From contig CAIKBL010000042.1 of assembly GCA_903825645.1 (NCBI GenBank), positions 117,289 to 181,288 on the forward strand: a stretch of DNA of 64,000 bases, read 5' to 3'. The translations under genes were made by a program, and so were the position numbers. The DNA comes from an uncultured Pseudomonadota bacterium (GTDB lineage: Bacteria; Pseudomonadota; Gammaproteobacteria; Ga0077536). Below the pieces are notes generated by a model. The model was not told the DNA's origin and did not search any database. It saw nothing but the letters and a program-made list of their open reading frames with translations. Shown piece after piece: positions 1 through 10,300 of the stretch (its first letter is position 1; each line of letters opens with the position of its first letter).

Positions 1-32
1 AGGCCCACGGTTCGCCGCGCGACCGTGGGTGG

Positions 33-1232
33 CTACGGGCTGGTCCGCCAGCGCAGCCGAAGATCTTTCATCGTCCTTAACTGCCCGCTTTCATACAGGG
101 GCTGGGTATCGGGTTCCAGTTCGAATTCCGGGATCTGTCGCAGGAACTCTTCGATGGCGATGCGGATTTCCAGGCGCGCGAGGTGCTCGCCAAGACAGCG
201 ATGTGGGCCCACCCCGAAGGCGGTGTGGACCACTTCGTGGCGATGAACATCAAAATCCTGCGGGTTCGAACACACGTCAGGATCCCGCGAGGCCGCCGCG
301 TAGTTCAGCGCAATCCGATCGCCCGGCTTCAGGGTGATCGCGCCGACGACGACGTCCGCGCGCACCGAGCGCCCGACCGCCACTACGGGGGCATACAGCC
401 GTACGGTTTCCTCGACGGCTGTCGGCAGCGTGGCCGGCTCCTCGCGTAGCATACGCCGCAGGGCGGGGGCCTGGGCGAGCGCCAGAATGGCCCCCGACAT
501 GGCATGGGTGGTCGTCGCGAGCCCGCCAAACACCACATCGAGCGCGACGTGCACTTTGTCTGCCCACGAGCAGGGCTCACCCACCTCATTTTCCACGCCC
601 GCTAAGATCACATCCACCAAATCACCCCGCGGCGGCTGGGTCGCGCGATCTTCGAGAAAATGTTGGAGATAGGTATACACCCGGCCGAACGCCGGTGTCC
701 GCGCCGCCATGTCGCCGAAGGAATACACATCAATATCAGCGAAAAGGGTTGGCAGATCCGCAACCGGCACCGGCAGGATGTGCCTGAACAGGATAAGGCC
801 GGGTAATTGGGCGGCGAAGTCGGCGACATATTCGCACTGCCCGCGGGCGGCAAAACGGGTGATCAGCGCGCCCGCATATTGGCGCGCCGCGGCCTCAAGC
901 GGGGCCACGGCCTCCGCGCTGAAAAACGGGTTGAGCACCCGCCGCCAGTGGCTGTGGTAAGGCGGATCCAGATCTTCCGGCAGAATCTTGATGTTGCCTT
1001 CGGGCGGATTCAACATCCAGCCATCGGCGCTGCTGAACGTGCGCCAATCCTGCGCACAACGGCGCACGTCCTGATAGCGGTTGAACACCGTGTAACCCGC
1101 CCCCCTGTCGCTGTGCGCCACCGGACACTGGGCCACCAGGTGATCCATGACCGCCTCGAAGCGCTCGGCAAAAACAGGATCGTCAATATCGAACTGGGTA
1201 TGCAGGCGATTGAATTCGTCGGAATTTTTCAC
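33..1232 (-). CDS. cytochrome P450
   Basis: Heme motif AFGVGPHRCLG, K-helix EETVR, I-helix GGLATT; GTG start. Confidence 0.95.
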   Translation of the reverse strand: MKNSDEFNRLHTQFDIDDPVFAERFEAVMDHLVAQCPVAHSDRGAGYTVFNRYQDVRRCAQDWRTFSSADGWMLNPPEGNIKILPEDLDPPYHSHWRRVLNPFFSAEAVAPLEAAARQYAGALITRFAARGQCEYVADFAAQLPGLILFRHILPVPVADLPTLFADIDVYSFGDMAARTPAFGRVYTYLQHFLEDRATQPPRGDLVDVILAGVENEVGEPCSWADKVHVALDVVFGGLATTTHAMSGAILALAQAPALRRMLREEPATLPTAVEETVRLYAPVVAVGRSVRADVVVGAITLKPGDRIALNYAAASRDPDVCSNPQDFDVHRHEVVHTAFGVGPHRCLGEHLARLEIRIAIEEFLRQIPEFELEPDTQPLYESGQLRTMKDLRLRWRTSP

Positions 1233-1426
1233 ACATCACCTAAAAACATCGCGGCAAACAATGAAGCGGGCTTGCAGGCAGGTCTTTTACCGGTACCCGA
1301 AGGGTCCGGAATAGTGTCGCGCTCGCCGGCGCAATACAAGCGCAATTCACAGACGGCGCGCAAGAAGCCGGTTATCGGACGATGAATGAACGATAATGCG
1401 GAATATTCCTCACTGGCGCTGGCCCC

Positions 1427-2281
1427 ATGAAAACCCCCAGGGATCTTGAAGCATTAATCGAAGACGGTGTGATCGACGAAGTCTTGTGGCCGCTTAGAAG
1501 CGGCAAGGAAGCCGCGGTCTATGCCGTGCGGGTCGGCACCGAGGTGCGCTGCGCAAAGGTCTACAAGGACCTGGCGCAGCGCAGCTTCCAGGCGCGGGCC
1601 CAATATCAGGAAGGGCGTAAGACACGCGGATCCCGACAGGCCCGCAGCATGGGTAAGGCGTCCCGTTTCGGACGACGGGAGTCGGAGACGCAGTGGAAGA
1701 ACACCGAAGTCGATGCCTTATACCGGTTGGCCAAAGCCGGAGTCTGCGTGCCGACGCCGCACGGCTTTTTCAATGGGGTGCTGATTATGGCGCTCGTCAC
1801 GGACGCGGAAGGTCAGGCGGCCCCGCGATTGGGCGAAGTGGACCTCAGCGCGGAGGAGGCCCGGGACTTTCATCACCGCTTGATTGGGGATGTAGTGCGG
1901 ATGCTCGCCCTGGGTCTTATCCATGGCGACTTATCCGAATACAACGTACTGGTCGCGCCCGACGGCCCGGTGCTCATCGATTTTCCGCAGGTGGTGAATG
2001 CCGCTGGCAACAATGCGGCGCGCGCGCTTTTGCTGCGCGACGTCCATAACTTGCGCGACACGTTGGGACGCTTCGCCCCCGAACTCAATGACACCCATTA
2101 CGGCGAAGAAATGTGGGCGCTCTACGAGACAGGCGAATTGCGGGCGGACAGCGTCCTGACCGGTCAGTTTGTCTTTGACACCGAGCTGGCCGATGTGGAG
2201 ACGATCATGCTGTCAATTGAGGATGCCCGACAGGAGGCTGAAGCGCGAGAGCTCGGGCGTAGCGCCAGCGCCGGTGACTAA
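1427..2281 (+). CDS. RIO1-like (PA4780 family) Ser/Thr protein kinase
   Basis: LRSGKEAAVY P-loop, CAKVYK, IHGDLSEYNVL catalytic loop, IDFPQ. Confidence 0.9.
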   Translation: MKTPRDLEALIEDGVIDEVLWPLRSGKEAAVYAVRVGTEVRCAKVYKDLAQRSFQARAQYQEGRKTRGSRQARSMGKASRFGRRESETQWKNTEVDALYRLAKAGVCVPTPHGFFNGVLIMALVTDAEGQAAPRLGEVDLSAEEARDFHHRLIGDVVRMLALGLIHGDLSEYNVLVAPDGPVLIDFPQVVNAAGNNAARALLLRDVHNLRDTLGRFAPELNDTHYGEEMWALYETGELRADSVLTGQFVFDTELADVETIMLSIEDARQEAEARELGRSASAGD

Positions 2282-2282
2282 C

Positions 2283-3326
2283 GTGTCCACACTCAGCACC
2301 CGTTTTACCACCCTGCTCGGCATCACCCATCCAGTGATGCAGGAAGGACTGGGGCCCTACAAGACCGTTCATCTGGCCGCCGCGGTCTCGAATGCCGGCG
2401 GACTCGGCACCGTGAGCATCCCGGGGATCAGCGAGGCACCGGCGGCGGGTGCGCGGAAATTGCGCGGTTACATCGAACAGGCCTGCGCGCTCACCGAGCG
2501 TCCCTTTGCCGTGAACATCCCGGTGGGCGCCGACAAACACGGCAATGTTCTGCCCTTCAGCGCGGCCTACGTCGGCGCCGTGGTTGAAGCCGTCCGCGAT
2601 CGGGAGATTGCCCGACGACTGCGGGTCATTACGACGTCAGCCGGTCCGCCGGCCGCCGCACGGCGCCTGATCGCCGATTCCGGCCTCGTGCATATCCACA
2701 AGGTGGGCGGGACACGCCAGGCTGTTCGCGCCGCCGCAGAGGGGGTCGATATGGTGATCGCCTCCGGCTACGAAGCCGGTGGTCATACCCACGCCCGCCC
2801 GGTCCACACCTTTGTGCTCGGCCCGAGTGTCTCCGAAGCGGTGCGTTGCCCCGTGATTTTGGCCGGCGGGATCCGCGACGGACGCGGCCTCGCCGCCGCG
2901 CTCGCCCTCGGTGCCGATGCCGTCGCCTTGGGAACGCGCTTTGTCGCCAGTCACGACAATCCGGATTGGCATCCCGCCTATGCAGAGCGCATCTTGCGGG
3001 CGCGCGAAGGCGAAGACATCGTGTTTCAGGCGCTCTATGGGCCTTCCCGTGCGCTGATGAGCGCCGCAATTGACGAGTTGGCCGCCATGGAGGCGACGGG
3101 GAGCTGGTCAGAGGAAGCCCTAACCCACTTCAAGGACGAACGCCTGATCGCCGCACAGCAAGCGGGTGACATGACAGGGGGGATCCTACCCTGTGGACAG
3201 ATTGCGGGTGCTCTGCAGGATCTCATCCACGTCGCCGAGTTCGTGCCCGGCATGGTGCGGGATGCGATCGCGGTGCTGGCACAGGTGCGCGCGCACATCG
3301 TCACTGTGAGCCCGTTGCCCGGATAG
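2283..3326 (+). CDS. nitronate monooxygenase / FabK-like FMN-dependent oxidoreductase
   Basis: TTLLGITHPVMQ, AVSNAGGLG, GYEAGGH, PVILAGGI, LGTRF motifs; likely GTG start at 2283, just after the kinase stop. Confidence 0.85.
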   Translation: MSTLSTRFTTLLGITHPVMQEGLGPYKTVHLAAAVSNAGGLGTVSIPGISEAPAAGARKLRGYIEQACALTERPFAVNIPVGADKHGNVLPFSAAYVGAVVEAVRDREIARRLRVITTSAGPPAAARRLIADSGLVHIHKVGGTRQAVRAAAEGVDMVIASGYEAGGHTHARPVHTFVLGPSVSEAVRCPVILAGGIRDGRGLAAALALGADAVALGTRFVASHDNPDWHPAYAERILRAREGEDIVFQALYGPSRALMSAAIDELAAMEATGSWSEEALTHFKDERLIAAQQAGDMTGGILPCGQIAGALQDLIHVAEFVPGMVRDAIAVLAQVRAHIVTVSPLPG

Positions 3327-3341
3327 CCGCGCGCCCTGACG

Positions 3342-4415
3342 CTAGCCGGCCGGATTGAACGCGGCCGCGGCGAAAACCTCAGCACCCCGCATAAATTCCG
3401 CAGCACTCGTGGCCTGCGGGCTGATGACGAGGGTATCGATGCCCTGTGCGTAGTGGGCGCGTAACTGGGCGTGGCAGTGGGCGACGGATCCAAACAGGAA
3501 AATACGGGACACCATCTCATCCGTGATGGCACGGGTGACGCGCGCCCGATCGCGCGCGGCATAGCCTGCCCGCACCTCGGCGACCGCCTCCGGGTAGCCC
3601 AGCTGTTCGATCATCGTCTGATAGACCGGTGCCGAGGCATAGAAGGCAAAATGTTGTCGGAAGAATTCACGTGCGTGGACTTCTTCTTCGGGACTGGAGA
3701 TCACGACCACCGCGCGACGTTTCACAATTTCGAGATCTTCCGCCCGACGCCCACGCCGCTTGGCCCCGAGATCAAGCTGCTCCATCGCCCAAGCCAGCCG
3801 ATCGAGGGGGGTGAAGTCATTGAGGACGACGCCATCGGCGACTTCACCGGCGAGTTGCAACATCTTCGGCCCCATCGCCCCCAGATGAATCGGTAAGGCG
3901 ACACCCGGCAGGGCCTGCAAACGAAAGCCCTCACTGCGGAGTAGCTCGCCTTTGAAATGCGTTTTTTCGCCGGCGAAAATCTGTCGCAGCAGGGCGACGT
4001 ACTCTCGCACGTGCGTCAATGGACGCTTGAAGGGTACGCCGTACCAGCGATCGACCATGTTGCTCGTGGACGAGCCCAGGCCAAGCACAAAACGGCCGGG
4101 CGCCTGCTCGGTAATCACACTGACGCCGGTAGCCAGCACCGCGGGGGGGCGATTGAACACCGGGACCACCCCGGTGCACAGCCGGATGCGGCGGGTCGAC
4201 ACCGCCAGCGCAGCCGCCAGCGAAATCGGATCTTGCATGCCCTCTGCATCCGGAAACCAGAGATCGTCAAAACCAGCGTCCTCCGCCCACCGGCCCCGGG
4301 CAAAACCCGCATCCAGACCGGGCACCGGCCACAGCATCAGACCAAGGCGTTTCGAGCGTGTCATCAGGGACTCTCCCGTGGCGTGCACCGGCGCCCCTTG
4401 GCGCACCGCAGACAT
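3342..4415 (-). CDS. LLM-class flavin/F420-dependent oxidoreductase (Mer-like)
   Basis: AEDAGFDDLWFPD, GRFVLGLG, PIHLGAMGPKMLQLAGEVADGV; the start may be the later ATG near 4364. Confidence 0.88.
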   Translation of the reverse strand: MSAVRQGAPVHATGESLMTRSKRLGLMLWPVPGLDAGFARGRWAEDAGFDDLWFPDAEGMQDPISLAAALAVSTRRIRLCTGVVPVFNRPPAVLATGVSVITEQAPGRFVLGLGSSTSNMVDRWYGVPFKRPLTHVREYVALLRQIFAGEKTHFKGELLRSEGFRLQALPGVALPIHLGAMGPKMLQLAGEVADGVVLNDFTPLDRLAWAMEQLDLGAKRRGRRAEDLEIVKRRAVVVISSPEEEVHAREFFRQHFAFYASAPVYQTMIEQLGYPEAVAEVRAGYAARDRARVTRAITDEMVSRIFLFGSVAHCHAQLRAHYAQGIDTLVISPQATSAAEFMRGAEVFAAAAFNPAG

Positions 4416-4431
4416 CGATTAAATTGAGATC

Positions 4432-5076
4432 TCAGACTACCCCAGCCGAGAATACCGACAAATCCTGCGGGCCACCGCGCTCGAGTGCCCGACGATAAGC
4501 CGGCCGCGCGCGAAGGCGCGCCAGATAGGCCTGTATGGCGGGCAACGCCTTCGTTCGACCCCGCGCCTCGCTGAATTCAAGCGACCAGCCGAGGTTGATA
4601 TCCGCCGCCGAAAAGCCGCTTGGCAGAAGGTAGGCCTGATCCGTTAACGCCGCTTCGACGTACTGATGGTTTTTGGTGATTTCGACCTCGAAGAAGCTCA
4701 TGAAAACGGCGTTGCCGCCGCCGGTCCAGGCGTAGATGAGATCAACGCCGAGCCCGGGGAACAAGGTTCCTTCCGAGAAGGCGAGCCATTGCAGATATTG
4801 GCCGTAATCGGGCGCGCTGGGCGCCCGGCTGAGGCGTCCACCGGCACACACCTGGCAGATGTATTCGATGATGGCATCGGTTTCGATGATCGTCTGCCCA
4901 TCGTGCTCAATGGTCGGCGCCTTGCCGAGGACATGCACGGCCCGCAGCGAATCCGGGGCCCGCAGTGTTTCCGCATCCCGCTGGTGGTGCACCAGCGTGT
5001 AATCGATACCGAGCTCTTCGCATAACCACACGATGCGTTGCGAACGGGAGTTATTGAGATGATGCACGGTCAGCAT
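4432..5076 (-). CDS. glutathione S-transferase family protein
   Basis: HHLNNSRSQRIVWLCEEL, LGKAPTI, ETDAIIEY, FSAADI. Confidence 0.93.
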   Translation of the reverse strand: MLTVHHLNNSRSQRIVWLCEELGIDYTLVHHQRDAETLRAPDSLRAVHVLGKAPTIEHDGQTIIETDAIIEYICQVCAGGRLSRAPSAPDYGQYLQWLAFSEGTLFPGLGVDLIYAWTGGGNAVFMSFFEVEITKNHQYVEAALTDQAYLLPSGFSAADINLGWSLEFSEARGRTKALPAIQAYLARLRARPAYRRALERGGPQDLSVFSAGVV

Positions 5077-5105
5077 AATTTTTCCTCGAAAAAAATAAGG
5101 GTGCG

Positions 5106-6338
5106 CTAACGACGATGGGCTTTTAATTTGACCGGCAGATGTTTAAGTCCGCCGACGAACGTGGACTGCACCCGTTCGACGGGTCCGGAGATTTCGATGC
5201 CGTCATGGCGTGACAGCAGGGCTTCCAGGGCAAGCCGGATCTCCAGCTTGGCGAGCGGTCCGCCGAGACAAAAGTGCGGCCCCGCACCGAAACCCAGGTG
5301 AAGATTCGGATGCCGGGTCACATCAAAATCATAAGGCCGCGCGAACACTGCCGCGTCCCGGTTGGCCGACGGAAACCACAGCATGACCCGCTCGCCTTCG
5401 CGAATGCGTTGCCCCGCCAATTCGGTATCTGCGGTGGGCGTGCGCATCAGCGAGATGACCGGGTCCGACCAGCGGATAATTTCTTCTGCCGCGAGCCGCA
5501 GACGGCGCGGATCTTCCCGCAGCAGCGCCATTTGTGCCGGATGTTCCAGCAGCGCCAAGACGCCCCCAGAAAACGCATTGCGGGTGGTTTCAAAGCCGGC
5601 CAGGATAATCTGGGCCGCGTTGTGCGCCACCATCGAGGCGGGCAACGCCTGTGCCTCGAGGGTGGCATTGGCCAGCAGGGTGAGGGGATCCGAGCGCGGA
5701 CATCCCCGCCGCTCCGCGGCCCGCCGCAGGCCATAGGCATGGAGCTGCTCGAAGCCGTAACGCACGGTTTGTGCCACGGTGCCCTGCCGGTATTCGGGAT
5801 CGGTGCCTCCGATCGCCATTTTGCCCCAGACGAGCATGTCGTCCCAATCCTCCGCCGGCAATTCGAGGATGTCACAAATCACCGCCATCGGAATGCGCAC
5901 CGCGAGATCGGCGACCAAGTCGATTTCGCCATGAGCGGGGATGTCATCGAAGATTTTGCCGATGAGCGCCCGCGTCCGCGCCTCGCTACCGGCCAACGCC
6001 TTGGGCAGAAAAGGGGCCGAGATGACCTTGCGGACGGCCGTATGCCGGGGCGCATCAATCATGGCGACGTTCTGACCCACCCCCCAGGCCTCTGCCGCGA
6101 TCGCCGCCATCTCGGCGTCTATCACGGGCGCCACGCCTTCGCGTTCAGAACTGAACAGATTCGGCGCGTTCAGGATGGTTTTCAGATCCGCGTGGCGGAA
6201 GATGGACCAGTAACCTCGACCATCGGGGCTCTGCGTCCAGTGGATCGGATCTTCGGCGCGTAGGCGGTCAAACAACGCGTAATGCGCGCCGGTGGCAAAA
6301 AACGCCGGATCGTTCAGCTTCTCGTCGACGTTTATCAC
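5106..6338 (-). CDS. cytochrome P450
   Basis: HLGFGAGPHFCLG, EEIIR, AGFETT; GTG start preceded by GAGGAG. Confidence 0.95.
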   Translation of the reverse strand: MINVDEKLNDPAFFATGAHYALFDRLRAEDPIHWTQSPDGRGYWSIFRHADLKTILNAPNLFSSEREGVAPVIDAEMAAIAAEAWGVGQNVAMIDAPRHTAVRKVISAPFLPKALAGSEARTRALIGKIFDDIPAHGEIDLVADLAVRIPMAVICDILELPAEDWDDMLVWGKMAIGGTDPEYRQGTVAQTVRYGFEQLHAYGLRRAAERRGCPRSDPLTLLANATLEAQALPASMVAHNAAQIILAGFETTRNAFSGGVLALLEHPAQMALLREDPRRLRLAAEEIIRWSDPVISLMRTPTADTELAGQRIREGERVMLWFPSANRDAAVFARPYDFDVTRHPNLHLGFGAGPHFCLGGPLAKLEIRLALEALLSRHDGIEISGPVERVQSTFVGGLKHLPVKLKAHRR

Positions 6339-6424
6339 GCACAGCTCCTCGCCCGGAATCGGGCCAATCCCCCCGGGTTCGCGGGAGTGCCGACTTGAAG
6401 GGCGAAACTAATAATCCCATACTC

Positions 6425-6440
6425 GATTTGTCCGAACAAG
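6425..6440. promoter_or_regulatory. putative GntR/HutC operator (GATTTGTCCGAACAAG)
   Basis: Near-perfect palindrome TTGTCCGAACAA between divergent P450 and gntR; matches 11218-11233 at 15 of 16 positions. Confidence 0.65.
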
Positions 6441-6512
6441 TTGACTTGTGGCGGACGTGATCCCGCCACGCGGGTGCGTGATGGGCGGCCTCGCGCCGCC
6501 CCCCTCTTCTCG

Positions 6513-6524
6513 TTGTTCGGACAG
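6513..6524. promoter_or_regulatory. second putative GntR operator copy (TTGTTCGGACAG) overlapping the gntR RBS
   Basis: Reverse complement CTGTCCGAACAA differs from the 6428 site at one position. Confidence 0.5.
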
Positions 6525-6534
6525 GAGCCTGCCC

Positions 6535-7323
6535 ATGTCGACGTCACCGCCGGCCGCGTCCATCACCACCCCAACACCGCGCCGGCGTGGCGCATCGAAA
6601 CACAGTACGGTGGCGGCGCAACTCCTCGAGCAGATCCGATCAGGGCATTTCCCACCTGGCGCACGCCTACCCTCGGAGCCTGACCTGTGTCGCCACTTTG
6701 GCGTAAGCCGACACACCGTCCGAAGCGCCTTACGTTCCCTCTATGAGAAGGGCCTTGTGCTGAGTCAGCAAGGCCGCGGAACCGTCGTCCAAACCGCCGC
6801 GGCGACGCCGCGCTATGCCTTCGCCTGTAACTCGGTTGACGATCTCCTCCAATATGCCGCAGCGGCCCCGCGCGAACTTCGCCAAACGAGTCGGCGCCAG
6901 GTCGATCCGGCGCTTGCCCAATGGCTGGGTTGCGGGCCGGGCGAGGACTGGTGGGAAATGCGGACCTGCCGGATCGAAAAACAAGGCCAGACGGTCATTG
7001 CGGCCTCCCGCATCTACGTGCCCGATCGCTTCGCGGAGGCCGTGGCCGAGCTCGCCACCAGTCCGTTGCCGCTGTTTGCTCTGATCGAACAACGCTACGG
7101 TCATCACATCGCACAGGTTCGGCAGAATTTTTCAGTGGCCCACGCGACCCCGGACGAAGCCACTGATCTCGGGCTGACGGTCGGCGCGGCAGTGATGTGC
7201 GTCGAACGCCGTTTCTTCGACGAGCGTGGCAGCCTGCTGGAAGTGTCCTGTTCGGTCCATCCGCCGCTCGGGTTTCGCTACGAAATGACCGTGCGCCAAA
7301 TCATCGGTCAGGGTAGCGCCTGA
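6535..7323 (+). CDS. GntR family transcriptional regulator, HutC/UTRA subfamily
   Basis: LPSEPDLCRHFGVSRHTVRSAL...GRGTVV winged HTH and a C-terminal UTRA-like domain; ATG at 6535 follows AGGAG. Confidence 0.92.
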   Translation: MSTSPPAASITTPTPRRRGASKHSTVAAQLLEQIRSGHFPPGARLPSEPDLCRHFGVSRHTVRSALRSLYEKGLVLSQQGRGTVVQTAAATPRYAFACNSVDDLLQYAAAAPRELRQTSRRQVDPALAQWLGCGPGEDWWEMRTCRIEKQGQTVIAASRIYVPDRFAEAVAELATSPLPLFALIEQRYGHHIAQVRQNFSVAHATPDEATDLGLTVGAAVMCVERRFFDERGSLLEVSCSVHPPLGFRYEMTVRQIIGQGSA

Positions 7324-7353
7324 GGCGCCACCCTGACGCTTTCCACGCCCCCA

Positions 7354-10300
7354 CTAGGCCTCGGCGGCGCGGGCTAACGCCTCGCCGAGATCGAGCGAAC
7401 CATAGCCCAACGTCCGCTCGAGATCGTGCCAGACCGGCAAGGCAGCCCGCAGGGCCGCCTGCTTCACATGACCAAAGCCCCGAATGCTGTCCACCACCTG
7501 CGCCAGACTGACCAGCTGGGAGTAGCTCGCTGGGGTCAGGTGTTGCAAGCCCATTTCAATCGACTGCCGGTAGGCTTCAATCAGACGCCGCTCCAACTTG
7601 CGCTCTGCCGTATAGCCGAAGGGATCGAAGGGTGTCCCCCGGAGACCTTTAAAGTGCTGTAACACCTGTAGCACCGGGCGCAACCAGGGGCCAAACGCCT
7701 GCTTCTGGGGCCGCCCCGCCGCATCGCGGCGCCCCAGTAGCGGGGGCGCAAGGTGAAAATTAAGCTTCGGGCTCCCCCCAAACGCGGTGTTCAGTTGCTG
7801 CTGAAAGGCCGGGAGGGAAAAAAGCCGCGCCACCTCATACTCATCCTTGTAGGCAAGCACCCGGTAGTACCCTTCCGCCACCGCCTGCGTCAGGGCATAG
7901 TCCTGCGCCGCGCTATCGCGCTGGCGCACCGTCTCCACCAATTGACGGAAGCGGTTGGCGTAACCCCGGTGCTGATAGGCGCAAAGCCGTGTCGCCAAGG
8001 CCTCCACGCGGTCTTGCAGCCGCGTCAGCGGATCGACCGCCGCGGCCGCCTCGGTCTCGGCGGTCACTGCGAGGGCGTCAACGCGCGCCACCGCGGCCCG
8101 ACGACCCAACGTAAAGGCCTGAATATTGTCCTTGACCGCCACACCATTCAGATCAATGGCCCGCAGCAAAGCGCGGGCACTGAGCGGAATGTGGCCGCGC
8201 TGAAAGGCAAACCCCAGCAGTAGCAGATTCCCGCTCTGGGTATTGCCCAGCAAAGATTCCGCCAGATCGGTGCTATCGAGCGCGGTATAGCGACCACTGA
8301 CTGCGGTGGTCAGCAAGTCGACGAGCTCAGCCCGGGGAAACGTCCATTCGCGATCCTGCGCAAAAGCCCCGGTCGGTTGCTCGAAGGTGTTGACCACCGC
8401 GACCGTGCGATCGGCATGGATGCGGGCGACGACTTCGGGATCGCCCGCCGTGATGAGATCATAGGCGAGCAACAGATCGGCTTCGCCGGCGGCGATACGC
8501 TGGCCGCGCAGATGGGTGTCATCATCGGCAATGCGGATGTGGGACATCACCGCGCCGTTCTTCTGGGACATGCCGGTCATATCGAGCACGCTGACTCGCT
8601 TGCCCTCCAGATGGGCCGCCATGCCGAGCAAGGCGCCGACGGTAATCACGCCGCTGCCGCCGACCCCGGTGACCAGGATATTGAAGGGGCGCGGGAGTGT
8701 CGGCACGGGCGGCTCTGGGAGCTCAATTTCCGCGCTCAGTACCGACACGTCGGCGCGCCGCCGCGCCGGGGTTTCGACCTCGACGGTCACAAAGCTAGGG
8801 CAAAATCCCTCGACGCAGGAAAGATCGCCATTACACGCATCCTGATCGATGGCCCGCTTACGTCCCAATGTCGTCTCGAGCGGCAGGATTGCCGTGCAGT
8901 TCGACGCCCGACCACAGTCCCCGCAGCCCTCGCAGATCTCGGGATTGATAAACACCCGGCGAGGCGCTTTAGGAAACTGTCCCTGTTTGCGTCGGCGCCG
9001 CTTCTCGGCCGCGCAGGTCTGATCGTAAACCAGCACGCTGACCCCGGGATAATCCCGCAAGGTCTGCTGCACCGCCTCGAGCTCGGTGCGGTCATGCACG
9101 GTCACCAGCGGGGCTGACATCGCCTGCGCACGGTGCGGCGCTGGGTTTTCGGCCACGACCGCGATTCGGCGCACCCCTTCGGCCGCCACCTGATGGACGA
9201 TGTCGCGCACCGATAGCGGGCCGTCAATCGGTTGTCCGCCCGTCATAGCGACCGCATCGTTGAATAGAATTTTGTAGGTAATGTTGACCCCGGCGGCGAC
9301 CGCCGCCCGGATCGCGAGACTCCCTGAATGGTAGTAAGTCCCGTCGCCGAGGTTCGCGAAGACATGCTCAAGCGTGGAGAAGGGAGCCTGTCCGATCCAG
9401 GTCACCCCTTCACCCCCCATCTGGGTCATGGTCCGGTTCGACTCAGGGAAGATGGCGGTCGCCATCACGTGGCAGCCAATCCCAGCCAGCGCAATGCTGC
9501 CCTCGGGTGTTCGCGTCGAACGGTTATGGGGACAGCCCGCGCAGTAGTAAGCGGATCGCGGCGGGGGCTTAAAGGTATGCACCAAGGCCGCCTCCTTGGC
9601 TTCCAGAAAATGGAGCCGGGCCGTGATGGCGTCACTGTGGTGAAAACGCTGTAGGCGATTGGCCAGCACCCGGGCTATCTGCGCAATCGAAAAATCGCCC
9701 TTCGCCGGCAGCAGCCATTCCCCACGGGGGGCCACCCACTCGCCGTGCTCGTCGAATTTTCCGATCACCCGCGGGCGCACATCGTCGCGCCAGTTGTAGA
9801 GCTGCTCTTTCAGTTGATATTCAATAAGCTGGCGTTTTTCCTCCACCACCACGATTTCTTCGAGTCCAGTGGCGAATTCACGGATGCTCTCCGCTTCCAG
9901 TGGCCAAGGCATCGAGACCTTGAACAGCCGAAGCCCGATCTGCTGGGCCGCGCGCTCGTCGATGCCGAGCTCTTCCAGTGCCTCGAGCACATCCACATAC
10001 GACTTGCCGGAGGCTACGACGCCGAGGCGGGCCGGCCGCGAATTCCACACAATCCGATTGAGATGATTCTCCCGGGCGTAGGCGAGCGCCGCATAGATTT
10101 TAAAATCCTGCATCAGCGCTTCCTGCTGGCGTGCCTGCCGCCCCAGGGGCTCGTTCGAGAGGCGCGCGTTCAGGCCTTGTGGCGGCAAATTCGGATAATC
10201 GGGGAACCGTGTCTCGACGAGGAAGGGATCCGCACTCACGCTCGCAGAGGACTCGACGGTATCGGCCAGCGCCTTGAACCCCACGGCACACCCGGAGAAG

